Program-made: the position numbers and the translations under genes
Assembly: GCA_036501625.1 (NCBI GenBank)
Contig: DASXZY010000042.1
Span: 1,929-65,928, forward strand
Direction: 5' to 3'
Length of the DNA: 64,000 nucleotides
DNA from: Verrucomicrobiia bacterium
Lineage (GTDB): Bacteria; Verrucomicrobiota; Verrucomicrobiia; Limisphaerales; Palsa-1400
Part shown: in pieces, positions 53,207-61,830 of the stretch
Numbering within the stretch: position 1 is the stretch's first letter
How the letters are laid out: each line of letters begins with the position of its first letter
The notes under the pieces: model-generated
What the model saw: the letters and a program-made list of their open reading frames with translations, nothing else
Database searches by the model: none
What the model was told of the DNA's origin: nothing

Positions 53207-56200
53207 TTAGCCGTCCAGGCAGTCTCGGACGGTCTTGGCGAGGACGTGGGGTTGGTAGGGCTTGGGCAGGAAATGGATTCCCCGCCCAAATTGCCCGTTG
53301 CGGCCCAGCAAATCGACGCTGTAGCCGCTGCTGTAAACGACCTTGAGTTCGGGGCGCTGGGCTTGCAGTTGCTCGGCCAGTTCCCAGCCGGAGATGCCCT
53401 CCGGCATCATCATATCGGTCAATAACAAATCAATCTCATCGGATTGCGTCCGCCAGACTTCCAAGGCTTCCTTGCCGTGGCTGGCTTGCAGGACGCGATA
53501 TCCGTAATGGCGCAACAGGCTGGAGACGAGTTCGCGCAAGTTCAAGTCGTCCTCGACCACCAGAATGGTTTCGTGCCCGCCGGGGCTGGTTTTGGCCGGG
53601 CGCGCTGCCTCTTCCGATGCCGCGGGGGCCTGGGAAAGCGGCAGGATTGTTTTGAAGACCGAGCCTTGGCCGATCTCGCTTGCGACCTCAATCCAGCCTT
53701 GGTGATGTTTGACAATGGCGTAAGCGGTGGCCAGTCCCAGGCCGGTGCCTTTGCCAACTTCCTTGGTCGTAAAGAACGGCTCGAAAATCCTATTGACCGT
53801 CGCCTTGGACATCCCCGTGCCGGTGTCGGCCACGGCCAGGCAGGCGAAGTCGCCGCAACGGGCGTCGGGTCGCTGCTGCGCGTAGGCGGCGTCGATTTCG
53901 ACCGTCCCAGTTTTCACGGCCAGGCGGCCGCCATGCGGCATGGCGTCGCGGGCGTTGAGGGCCATGTTGACGATGATCTGCTCGATCATGCCGGCATCGG
54001 CGTAGATGGGAAGCGGCGCGCTGCCGCATTCCAATTTGAGCGTGATCGTTTCACCGAGGAGCCGGTGCAGCATTTGCGCGGCGCCGCGGACGACTTCATT
54101 CAAATCCACATGGCGCAATTGCATGACCTGCTTGCGGCTGAAGGTGAGCAATTGCTTGGTCAAAGTCGCCGCCTGGCCCGCCGCGCCGGTGATTTGCGTC
54201 AGCGACGCCCGCATGTCTTCCGAAAAATTGGATTCAGACAGGATGAGGCCGGCATGGCCTTGAATGATCGTCAGGATATTGTTGAAATCGTGCGCCACGC
54301 CGGCCGCCAGTTGGCCGACGGCTTCCATTTTTTGCGAATGGCGCAATTGCGCCTCCAAGTTCAGGCGCTCGGTCATGTCATGCACAATGACGAGAATGAC
54401 CGGGTCGCCGGAAAAATCGAGGCACTCGACTGAAAGGAGAACATCGCGCAGGACGCCGTCTTTGGTGCGGAGGCGGCAGGAAAAATCGCGCACCGATTTG
54501 GAGTCGCGCAGCTCCTGCAACATGCGCAAACGCAATTCAGGGTCGGGCCAGATGCCCAGTTTGAGAGCGGTCTGGCCCAGCATCTCCCCGCGCTTGTAAC
54601 CGAACAAGCGGAGCATGCTCTCGTTGACATCCAGGTAAATGCCCTGCTCGAACGTGCTCAACGACATGGGCATCGGGCTGGAGCGGAAGGCCTGGGAAAA
54701 ACGCTCTTCCGACCGGCGCAGCGATTCCTGGGCCTGGATTCGCTCCAGCGTCGCGGAGCTAAAGTCGGCCAAAGTCTGGAGCACGGCCAAGTCATCCTGC
54801 TTGTAGGCGTGCTCGGTGTAGCTTTGCACGGAAAGGCAGCCAATGACTTTGGAGCCGCTGCGGATCGGGGTAAACAGGCGTGAAGCCGTCGGCTGGGAAC
54901 AGACGCCAAAGGAGACGAAGGCCGGCTGAGTTGGAGAGGCTGGCCCCTGCACCCACTCCGCGCCATGTTCGATGATGCGTTTGTCGCGCGGAGTCACTTC
55001 GCGGTAGAGGCCAAAAACCTGCGTGCGCTTTCCGTCCACCACGTCATATAGCAGAATCGGGACGGTGTAACGGTAATCGGGCGTGTAGAGTTGCAGGTAG
55101 GCGGCGTCCCAGCCCAGAAGCTGGTCCGCGAGGTCCAGCACCGCCTGGGCGGCTGTAGTGGAGGAATTGGCCGCGCTCAATTGCTGGCCGAGATGGGAAA
55201 GCTGGCGGGCGCGGTTCTCCGCCTGGCGGCGTTCGGCGATTTCCCGTTCGAGCCGGGCCACCGCTTCGGACAATTGGGCCGTGCGCTCCTTGATCTTGCG
55301 CTCCAGTTCCTCCCGGGCCTTGAGCAGAGCGTCCTCCGCCTTGCGCCGCTCGGTGATGTCCAGCGAAAAGGCAATGACTCCGGCCACGTTGCCTTCGGCA
55401 TCCTGATAGGGAACCTTGTCCGTTTGCAGCCAGCGCAATTCGCCATTGGCCCGTTGCAGGAGCTGGATGAAACCGAGCTTGGGCTGGCCGGAGTTGATGA
55501 TCTCCATGTCCTCGCGAAAATACTGGTCGGCAAAACGCGGGCTTAACTCGGAGACCATGTGACCCTCGATGTCCGTGGCCGGCAGGCCGACCAACTCGGC
55601 GCGAAATTTGTTGACGCGCAGGATGCGATTGTTTTTGTCCTTGTAAGTGATGGCGGCGGGGACGGAATTGAAAATGATGCGCGCTTCCTCTTCGAGTTTG
55701 CGCAGGCGCAGATTGGCCTCGGTCAATTCAGCCGTCCGCTCGGCCACGCGGGACTCCAATTCGTCATGGGCCTCCTGCAATTCCTGGCCGGTGCGGATGC
55801 GCTCGAGCGCGCCGCCGCAATGGTCGGCCGCCGCTTGCAGCGACTTGAGCTTGGCCTCGTCGTAAAAGCGCGCGGTGTAGCTTTGCACCGAGAGAATGCC
55901 GATGATGCGGCTGCTGTCGCGCAGCGGCACGAACATGAGCGAAGCGGATGGGCGCGATTTATTGCCGAAGGGCACCAGGGACGGGCCGTCCGGGGCGGGG
56001 GCTTCCTCCCGCAGAAGCAGCTTGGCGCCGTGCTGGACAATCTCCCGCGCCATGGCCGTCGGTTTGCCGGAAACATAGCCGCTTTCGACATCGACGCGCT
56101 GGCCGTCGATGGTGTCAATATTGATGACCGGCTCCATCAGGTCGCGCTCGGCCGAGTAAAGATTGAGGTAAAAGGCGTCCCAGCCAAAAAGTTCGCTGGC

Positions 56201-56443
56201 GGCGTCAGCGATGGTGCGCGCGGCTTCTTCAACGTTCAGGGCGGTGGCGAGCTTGCGGCCCAGCTCGGAAAGGATGCGTTCGCGGGCCAGTTGGGCCTGC
56301 ATGCGAAGCGCATGGCGGCGCCCCTGCGATTTGAGCAGCAACACCCACACCAGGCTGGCCACGCCAAGAAGGCAAACCGCCCCGGCCAATTCCATTGAAT
56401 TGGTCGAATTCCAGCCCGCCGCGATGCCAAAATGCAGTGGCAT
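53207..56443 (-). CDS. Hybrid sensor histidine kinase/response regulator (TM-GAF-PAS-GAF-PAS-HisKA-HATPase-REC)
   Basis: 1078 aa with an N-terminal TM. Two GAF-like and two PAS-like blocks separated by coiled coils. H-box [12 protein letters not shown], HATPase motifs (NARDAM, DTGTGM, GTGLGLA) and a C-terminal receiver ([19 protein letters not shown]). Confidence 0.9.
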   Translation of the reverse strand: MPLHFGIAAGWNSTNSMELAGAVCLLGVASLVWVLLLKSQGRRHALRMQAQLARERILSELGRKLATALNVEEAARTIADAASELFGWDAFYLNLYSAERDLMEPVINIDTIDGQRVDVESGYVSGKPTAMAREIVQHGAKLLLREEAPAPDGPSLVPFGNKSRPSASLMFVPLRDSSRIIGILSVQSYTARFYDEAKLKSLQAAADHCGGALERIRTGQELQEAHDELESRVAERTAELTEANLRLRKLEEEARIIFNSVPAAITYKDKNNRILRVNKFRAELVGLPATDIEGHMVSELSPRFADQYFREDMEIINSGQPKLGFIQLLQRANGELRWLQTDKVPYQDAEGNVAGVIAFSLDITERRKAEDALLKAREELERKIKERTAQLSEAVARLEREIAERRQAENRARQLSHLGQQLSAANSSTTAAQAVLDLADQLLGWDAAYLQLYTPDYRYTVPILLYDVVDGKRTQVFGLYREVTPRDKRIIEHGAEWVQGPASPTQPAFVSFGVCSQPTASRLFTPIRSGSKVIGCLSVQSYTEHAYKQDDLAVLQTLADFSSATLERIQAQESLRRSEERFSQAFRSSPMPMSLSTFEQGIYLDVNESMLRLFGYKRGEMLGQTALKLGIWPDPELRLRMLQELRDSKSVRDFSCRLRTKDGVLRDVLLSVECLDFSGDPVILVIVHDMTERLNLEAQLRHSQKMEAVGQLAAGVAHDFNNILTIIQGHAGLILSESNFSEDMRASLTQITGAAGQAATLTKQLLTFSRKQVMQLRHVDLNEVVRGAAQMLHRLLGETITLKLECGSAPLPIYADAGMIEQIIVNMALNARDAMPHGGRLAVKTGTVEIDAAYAQQRPDARCGDFACLAVADTGTGMSKATVNRIFEPFFTTKEVGKGTGLGLATAYAIVKHHQGWIEVASEIGQGSVFKTILPLSQAPAASEEAARPAKTSPGGHETILVVEDDLNLRELVSSLLRHYGYRVLQASHGKEALEVWRTQSDEIDLLLTDMMMPEGISGWELAEQLQAQRPELKVVYSSGYSVDLLGRNGQFGRGIHFLPKPYQPHVLAKTVRDCLDG

Positions 56444-56517
56444 AAATTCCCATGATTAGACCAAAGACAAACACCCTTGCCAATGCAAGATTTCCCGGAG
56501 GCCCCTTTTTGCTCTAA

Positions 56518-58020
56518 TTATTTTCCCGCGCGCTCTCCGAATGCCCACAGATGCCCGGAGGACCTGATGATAATCGTATTGCGGGCCAGGGCGGGAGTCG
56601 CCTTGACGCTCTCGCCCAGATCGGCGCTGGCCAACTCGGTGAAGGTGTCTCCTGACTTTATGACCGTCACCACTCCGCGATCGGACACTGTGTAAATCCG
56701 TCCGTCCGCGGCGATGGGCGAAGCAAAATAGCCTCCCTGCGCGGCCAGGCGTTCTTCGTAAATGAGGTTGCCGGTGGCCTGGTCGCGGCAGGCCAGAAGA
56801 CCGCCGCTGCGCACCTGGTAAATGCGCTTGCCATAAATCACGGCGGACGCAATTTCCGGTATCCCGCGTGTCTGCTGCCAAACCCGGTTGGAGGCCGTGA
56901 CATCGCCCTTGCCGCCGGCGCGCACAGCCATGATGTTGCTGTTATTCCATGCGCTGTCGATAAAATGCTTGAGCGCGTCCCGCATTTGATCCCAAGCCTC
57001 TTTATTCATGGGTTTCGATTGGTCGATGCCGGTGAAGAATGTCATCGCCTGGCGCAATGTCATATTTCCCGCGCCGCCCGAAGCCTGGCGGTCGGTGAAG
57101 ATGAAGTCGGGCGGCACTTCGTCGAAAGAAATCAGGCCATCGCCATTGCGGTCGTATTTTTTTGCAAATTCCCCGAATGTCGGGGGCAGCTTCATATTGG
57201 AACGCTCGCCTTGCACCGAGGCTGAACTGATGAAGAGCGTCCCATCCGAGCAGGCGGGCGTACTGCAAATCTGTTTTGAAAGACCGTCCGTCCACCAAAC
57301 GAGATTGCCCGTGCGCGAATCGAAGGCGGAGAAGCGCCCCGCGCAAGCCAGGCCGACGCGGTCTTCACCCGATTCGTTCCAGCATACGGGGGTGGCCCAA
57401 GTGATGTTGTAGATGGGGCAGGGCGCTTTCCACAATTCGCGGCCGTCCTTCGCGCCGAAGGCCATGAGCGCCGAATCGTTTCCGTTTTGCTCGAAGACCA
57501 CAACCGCATCGCCCACGCGCACCGGCGAGGTGGAAGTTCCCTGGTCCATAAAAGTCTTCGGCATCGGCAGCGGCTTCCGCCAGGCCTCGCTGCCGTCAAA
57601 ATTGTAGGCGGCCAATCCAAAGGAACCGAAGTAGGAATAGACCCGTTCGCCATCGCATACGGGAGTTGGAGTGGCATCGCTGTTGACTTTATGCACCTTT
57701 TCCAAAACCGGCGCGTCAATCGCCTGCCGCCAGCGGATTTTGCCAGAGCTTAAATCCACGCAAATCGTTTCCAGGCGCGAACCATCGCAACCTGTCAGAA
57801 AAATCAAACCACCGCTGAGGATGGGCGAAGAAAGGCCGCCGCTCGTTTCCGTTTTCCAAAGCAGGTTGGAGTCCGGCCCGAAACGCAAAGGCGGATTCAA
57901 TTGATCCGCGACACCCGCGCCAGCCGGTCCGTGAAATTGCGGCCAGCCAGTTTCGCCATGAGCTGCCAGGCCGCCCATTGCGATCGCCGCTGCCAAGAAG
58001 GGAGACGTGAGGTTTTTCAT
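56518..58020 (-). CDS. Secreted PQQ-like beta-propeller repeat protein with an embedded EF-hand
   Basis: The ATG at 58020 gives MKNLTSPFLAAAIAMGGLAAHG (signal). Repeated ..G.(V/I)Y....G.L.A.D..TG...W motifs. Canonical EF-hand loop DRNGDGLISFDE at 57118-57153. Confidence 0.8.
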   Translation of the reverse strand: MKNLTSPFLAAAIAMGGLAAHGETGWPQFHGPAGAGVADQLNPPLRFGPDSNLLWKTETSGGLSSPILSGGLIFLTGCDGSRLETICVDLSSGKIRWRQAIDAPVLEKVHKVNSDATPTPVCDGERVYSYFGSFGLAAYNFDGSEAWRKPLPMPKTFMDQGTSTSPVRVGDAVVVFEQNGNDSALMAFGAKDGRELWKAPCPIYNITWATPVCWNESGEDRVGLACAGRFSAFDSRTGNLVWWTDGLSKQICSTPACSDGTLFISSASVQGERSNMKLPPTFGEFAKKYDRNGDGLISFDEVPPDFIFTDRQASGGAGNMTLRQAMTFFTGIDQSKPMNKEAWDQMRDALKHFIDSAWNNSNIMAVRAGGKGDVTASNRVWQQTRGIPEIASAVIYGKRIYQVRSGGLLACRDQATGNLIYEERLAAQGGYFASPIAADGRIYTVSDRGVVTVIKSGDTFTELASADLGESVKATPALARNTIIIRSSGHLWAFGERAGK

Positions 58021-58133
58021 GGGGCAACTGGACCACCAATCAAGCAAAAAAACAAGGTTGAAATTCATCCCGCTGTCCCGCTGCCCGCTGTTTTGCCTTG
58101 GCCCGGAGCGGGGGCGGGCTTAACGTGCGCCGC

Positions 58134-58994
58134 ATGAAAGTCCTTATTAAGCTTGCCGTGTGCGCGGCCTCGGTTGCCGCATCCGTCCTTCTTTGCGACG
58201 CGGCCAGGGCTGCCGATGCCGCAAAGAAAATTCTCTTTTTCTCGAAGTCCTCCGGTTTTGAGCATGACATGATCAAGGAGAAGAATGGCCAGCCCAGCGA
58301 AGCGCAAAAGATTCTCGCCGAACTGGGGCGGAAGAATCATTTCGACTTTACGTTCACGAAAGATGGCTCGGTCTTCACGCCGGAGAACATTGCCAGATAC
58401 GATGTGTTCTGTTTCTATACGACAGGGGATTTGACACAGCCCGGCGCCGATCATAACCCGCCCATGACCAAGGAGGGCAAAGAGGCTTTCCTGGACGCCA
58501 TTCGCAACGGCAAAGGTTTCGTCGGCATCCATAGCGCGACGGACACTTTCCATTCGGGCGCGAACGGCGTGGACCCTTACATAAAAATGATCGGCGGCGA
58601 ATTTGTCACGCATGACGGATGGGTGCCGGGGCATCTTATCGTCGAGGATCGGAGTTTTCCGGGCATAAGCGGCGTGCCGGACGATTTCGGGCCTCCGGAA
58701 GAATGGTATTCTTTGAAGAATTTTTCGCCGGGCCTTCACGTGCTGCTGGCGCACAACACAGAAGCGATGGGCCGGAAGGCGCCCTACGACAGGCCCAACT
58801 ATCCCTGCACGTGGGCGCAGTCGTACGGCAAGGGCCGTTCATTTTACACCAGCATGGGGCACCGTTTGGAGGTCTGGCAGACTCCGGTTTTCCAGCAGGT
58901 CCTCGTGGGCGGCTTGCGATGGGCCGCCGGTGATGCCGAAGCAGATGCAACCCCAAATATGGACAAGGTGACCCCACAGGCAAAGGGGCAGTGA
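58134..58994 (+). CDS. ThuA domain-containing protein (secreted)
   Basis: The ATG at 58134 gives MKVLIKLAVCAASVAASVLLCDAARA (signal). KKILFFSKSSGFEHD.., GFVGIHSATDTF.., and W..SYGKGRSFYTSMGH are typical of ThuA-like class-I glutamine amidotransferase-fold proteins. Confidence 0.8.
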   Translation: MKVLIKLAVCAASVAASVLLCDAARAADAAKKILFFSKSSGFEHDMIKEKNGQPSEAQKILAELGRKNHFDFTFTKDGSVFTPENIARYDVFCFYTTGDLTQPGADHNPPMTKEGKEAFLDAIRNGKGFVGIHSATDTFHSGANGVDPYIKMIGGEFVTHDGWVPGHLIVEDRSFPGISGVPDDFGPPEEWYSLKNFSPGLHVLLAHNTEAMGRKAPYDRPNYPCTWAQSYGKGRSFYTSMGHRLEVWQTPVFQQVLVGGLRWAAGDAEADATPNMDKVTPQAKGQ

Positions 58995-59115
58995 GGGGGA
59001 CAGGCCGGGCTCTGTAAAGTGTAAGGTGCGCCGGAAATCTTTACACTTTGAGCAGTCCTGGCGGGTGGCCTGAAACCTCTTGGCGCGGAATCGTTAATGT
59101 GATTTTGGCCGCGTA

Positions 59116-59394
59116 TTGCCCTTCCCGAGCCTCCAATTGGCACGCTGGCTGCTAAGGCAATGCCGCTATCTGGGAGAGGGGCACCCTCCCGGCATCAGTT
59201 TTATTCAGGACCGCTTCGGTGACATCTTCGGCGGCTTTGCGTATCCTGAGAATTCTTTGAACGTAGGTGGCTGGTTCGGCGGCGATATTGTCGTTGACAC
59301 CGCTACTGTTTCGGTCCCCGACGCGTCGTCCTCGCTGATGCTCTTGTCGGGCGCGTGCGCGGCTTTCGGCCTGCTTCGGCGCAAGCTTTCCTGA
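59116..59394 (+). CDS. Short ORF ending in a PEP-CTERM-type sorting tail (possibly a gene remnant)
   Basis: The C-terminus VSVPDASSSLMLLSGACAAFGLLRRKLS has a VP(D/E)P-like motif, a TM and a basic tail. There is no obvious signal peptide and the start is a non-ATG codon (TTG). It is followed by a strong terminator. Confidence 0.4.
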   Translation: MPFPSLQLARWLLRQCRYLGEGHPPGISFIQDRFGDIFGGFAYPENSLNVGGWFGGDIVVDTATVSVPDASSSLMLLSGACAAFGLLRRKLS

Positions 59395-59411
59395 AAATAA
59401 ATCGATCCGCG

Positions 59412-59444
59412 GCGCCAGCGAACCGTCTCGCTGGCGCTTTTTTT
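59412..59444 (+). terminator. Rho-independent terminator
   Basis: GCGCCAGCGA (59412-59421), a 6-nt loop, TCGCTGGCGC (59428-59437), then TTTTTTT (59438-59444). Confidence 0.8.
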
Positions 59445-59499
59445 GGCAGCGTCGAAAAAGCGTTGACAGAATGTTCGCGACGGAGCAGCGTCGCTGCTC

Positions 59500-61788
59500 A
59501 TGGAACGTCCCAAGAGTCTGAACGTCACGATCATGGGCCTTGTCCTCATCGCGCTCGGTTTTCCGGGGCGAATCCTGGCTGGCGAGGCCGCTCCAATTTA
59601 CGGATTCTCCGCCGCCACTTCGCCGGCGGAACTCAAGCTCGAAGAGTCGTTTCGCGCCATGCCGGAAACGAACAATCTCCGCCAATACATGCAGAGGCTC
59701 TCGGCCCATCCGCATCATCTTGGCTCGCCTTATGACAAGCAGAACGCGGAGTGGATTCTCAGCCAGATGAAGTCCTGGGGCTGGGACGCATCCATTGAAA
59801 CCTTTGACGTCCTCTTTCCCACTCCGAAGACGCGCGTGGTGGAAATGACCGAGCCTGTCCATTACATGGCGGCGTTGCAAGAGCCGGCCCTGCCGGCGGA
59901 CCCGACTTCCGCGCAGGCGGACGAGCAACTTCCGACTTACAACGCCTATTCCATTGATGGCGACGTGACGGGCCCGCTGGTCTTTGTCAACTACGGCTTG
60001 CCGGAAGATTATGCGGAATTGAAACGCCGCGGAATCTCGGTCGAGGGCGCCATTGTCATCGCCAAGTACGGACGCTCCTGGCGCGGCATCAAGCCCAAAG
60101 TCGCCGCCGAGAACAAGGCCATCGGCTGCATCCTGTTTTCTGATCCCAGGGACGACGGTTACTCGGCCGGCGACGTCTTTCCGGAAGGCCCCATGCGCAA
60201 TACCAACGGCGTGCAGCGCGGCAGCGTGATGGATTTCGCGACCGCCGGCCCCGGCGACCCTTTGACGCCCGGATATGGCGCGGTCGCCGGCGCCCCAAGG
60301 ATTCCGCGCGCCCAAGCCAAGGCTCTCACGACGATTCCGGTCCTGCCCATCTCCAGTGGCGACGCCTTGCCGTTGCTGGCGCAGCTTGGCGGGCCGGTCG
60401 CGCCGGAAGGGTGGGCCGGTTCGCTGCCGATCACCTACCATCTTGGACCCGGCCCGGCCAAGGTTCATCTGAAGCTGGAGTTCAATTGGAACGAGGTGAC
60501 CGCCTATGATGTCATTTCGCGCATGGCCGGCGCTTCAGCCAGCAATGAGTGGGTCATTCGCGGCAATCATCACGATGCGTGGGTCAACGGCGCTTCCGAC
60601 CCGACCTCCGGCCAGGTTTGCCTGCTGGAAGAGGCTCGCGCCCTGGGACTGCTCGCGCAACAAGGCTGGAAGCCCCGTCGCACCATCATCTATTGCTCGT
60701 GGGATGGCGAGGAGCCGTGCCTGCTCGGCTCGACGGAATGGGTCGAAACGCACGCCGAGGAATTGCGCGCCCATGCCGCCGCCTACGTCAATTCAGATGA
60801 CAACGGGCGCGGCTTTTTGTCGGTGGGCGGGACGCCGTGCCTGGAGAATTTCATCAACGGCGTCGCGCGCGGCATCGATGACCCGGAAGTCAAGATGAGC
60901 ATTTGGCAGCGCAGCCTGGACGCCAGAATCGCCGGCGCGGGCAATGCGGCCGAGCGCCGTGAATTGCGCGCGCGCGCGGACCTTCCGTTAAGCCCGCTGG
61001 GTTCGGGCAGCGATTACTCCAGCTTCCTGGATTTTGCTGGAATCCCCTGCTTGAACGTGGAGTTCCACGGCGAAAGTTCCGACGAAGGCGTCTATCATTC
61101 CATCTACGACGATTTTTATTGGTACACGCATTTCGGCGACACGGATTTTGTTTATGGCCGCGCGTTGGCGCAAACGATTGGCACGGCCGTCCTGCGCCTG
61201 GCGGATGCCGATGTCATTCCCTACGAATTTAACGGCCTGGCCAGCACGGTTGAAAAATACACCGGCGAACTGCAAACCCTTCTGAAGCACAAACAGGAAG
61301 ACATCGAGGAGCGCAAAAAGGAGATTGAGGAAGGTGTTTTCATCGGCGCATCCGATCCGCGGCATCCCGCGGGGCCGCCGAAGGATGAAGCGGTTCCGCC
61401 TGAATTGAATTTCGCGCCGCTGCTCAACGCGGACAAGGCGCTGTCGGCCAGCGCCCAGCGATATCAAAAAGCCTTTGCGGCCGCGCGGCCGAAGTTCGGC
61501 GATGCGGACCGCGCGGCGGACGTCGACGCCGTCAATCATATTCTCCTGCAGGCCGAGCATCAGCTCACCGGCGCCGGCGGCCTGCCCGGCCGCTCCTGGT
61601 ACAAGCACTTGCTCTACGCGCCCGGCGTTTATGCCGGCTACGGCGCCAAGACCATGCCAGGCCCGCGCGAAGGCATTGAACTGGGCCATTACGAGGAAGC
61701 CGAGCGGGAGATCGCCCGCGTGGCTAAAGCCCTCGAATCGGAAGCAGCCCTGCTCGACTCCGCCTCAGGCCTGCTGGCTCGTTTTTAG
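59500..61788 (+). CDS. M28 family metallopeptidase, glutamate carboxypeptidase II / transferrin-receptor-like (PA + M28 + dimerisation domains)
   Basis: 762 aa with a signal peptide. ..NAYSIDGDVTGPLVFVNYG.. (PA domain), RGNHHDAW..GASDP.SG (zinc ligands), SWDGEEPCLLGSTEW, SDYSSFL and HSIYD; the C-terminal helical domain ends in ..YKHLLYAPG...GY. Confidence 0.85.
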   Translation: MERPKSLNVTIMGLVLIALGFPGRILAGEAAPIYGFSAATSPAELKLEESFRAMPETNNLRQYMQRLSAHPHHLGSPYDKQNAEWILSQMKSWGWDASIETFDVLFPTPKTRVVEMTEPVHYMAALQEPALPADPTSAQADEQLPTYNAYSIDGDVTGPLVFVNYGLPEDYAELKRRGISVEGAIVIAKYGRSWRGIKPKVAAENKAIGCILFSDPRDDGYSAGDVFPEGPMRNTNGVQRGSVMDFATAGPGDPLTPGYGAVAGAPRIPRAQAKALTTIPVLPISSGDALPLLAQLGGPVAPEGWAGSLPITYHLGPGPAKVHLKLEFNWNEVTAYDVISRMAGASASNEWVIRGNHHDAWVNGASDPTSGQVCLLEEARALGLLAQQGWKPRRTIIYCSWDGEEPCLLGSTEWVETHAEELRAHAAAYVNSDDNGRGFLSVGGTPCLENFINGVARGIDDPEVKMSIWQRSLDARIAGAGNAAERRELRARADLPLSPLGSGSDYSSFLDFAGIPCLNVEFHGESSDEGVYHSIYDDFYWYTHFGDTDFVYGRALAQTIGTAVLRLADADVIPYEFNGLASTVEKYTGELQTLLKHKQEDIEERKKEIEEGVFIGASDPRHPAGPPKDEAVPPELNFAPLLNADKALSASAQRYQKAFAAARPKFGDADRAADVDAVNHILLQAEHQLTGAGGLPGRSWYKHLLYAPGVYAGYGAKTMPGPREGIELGHYEEAEREIARVAKALESEAALLDSASGLLARF

Positions 61789-61830
61789 GTTTGACGGAGT
61801 CCGGCCCAGCAAGTTTCTCTGTTTTCCGCG

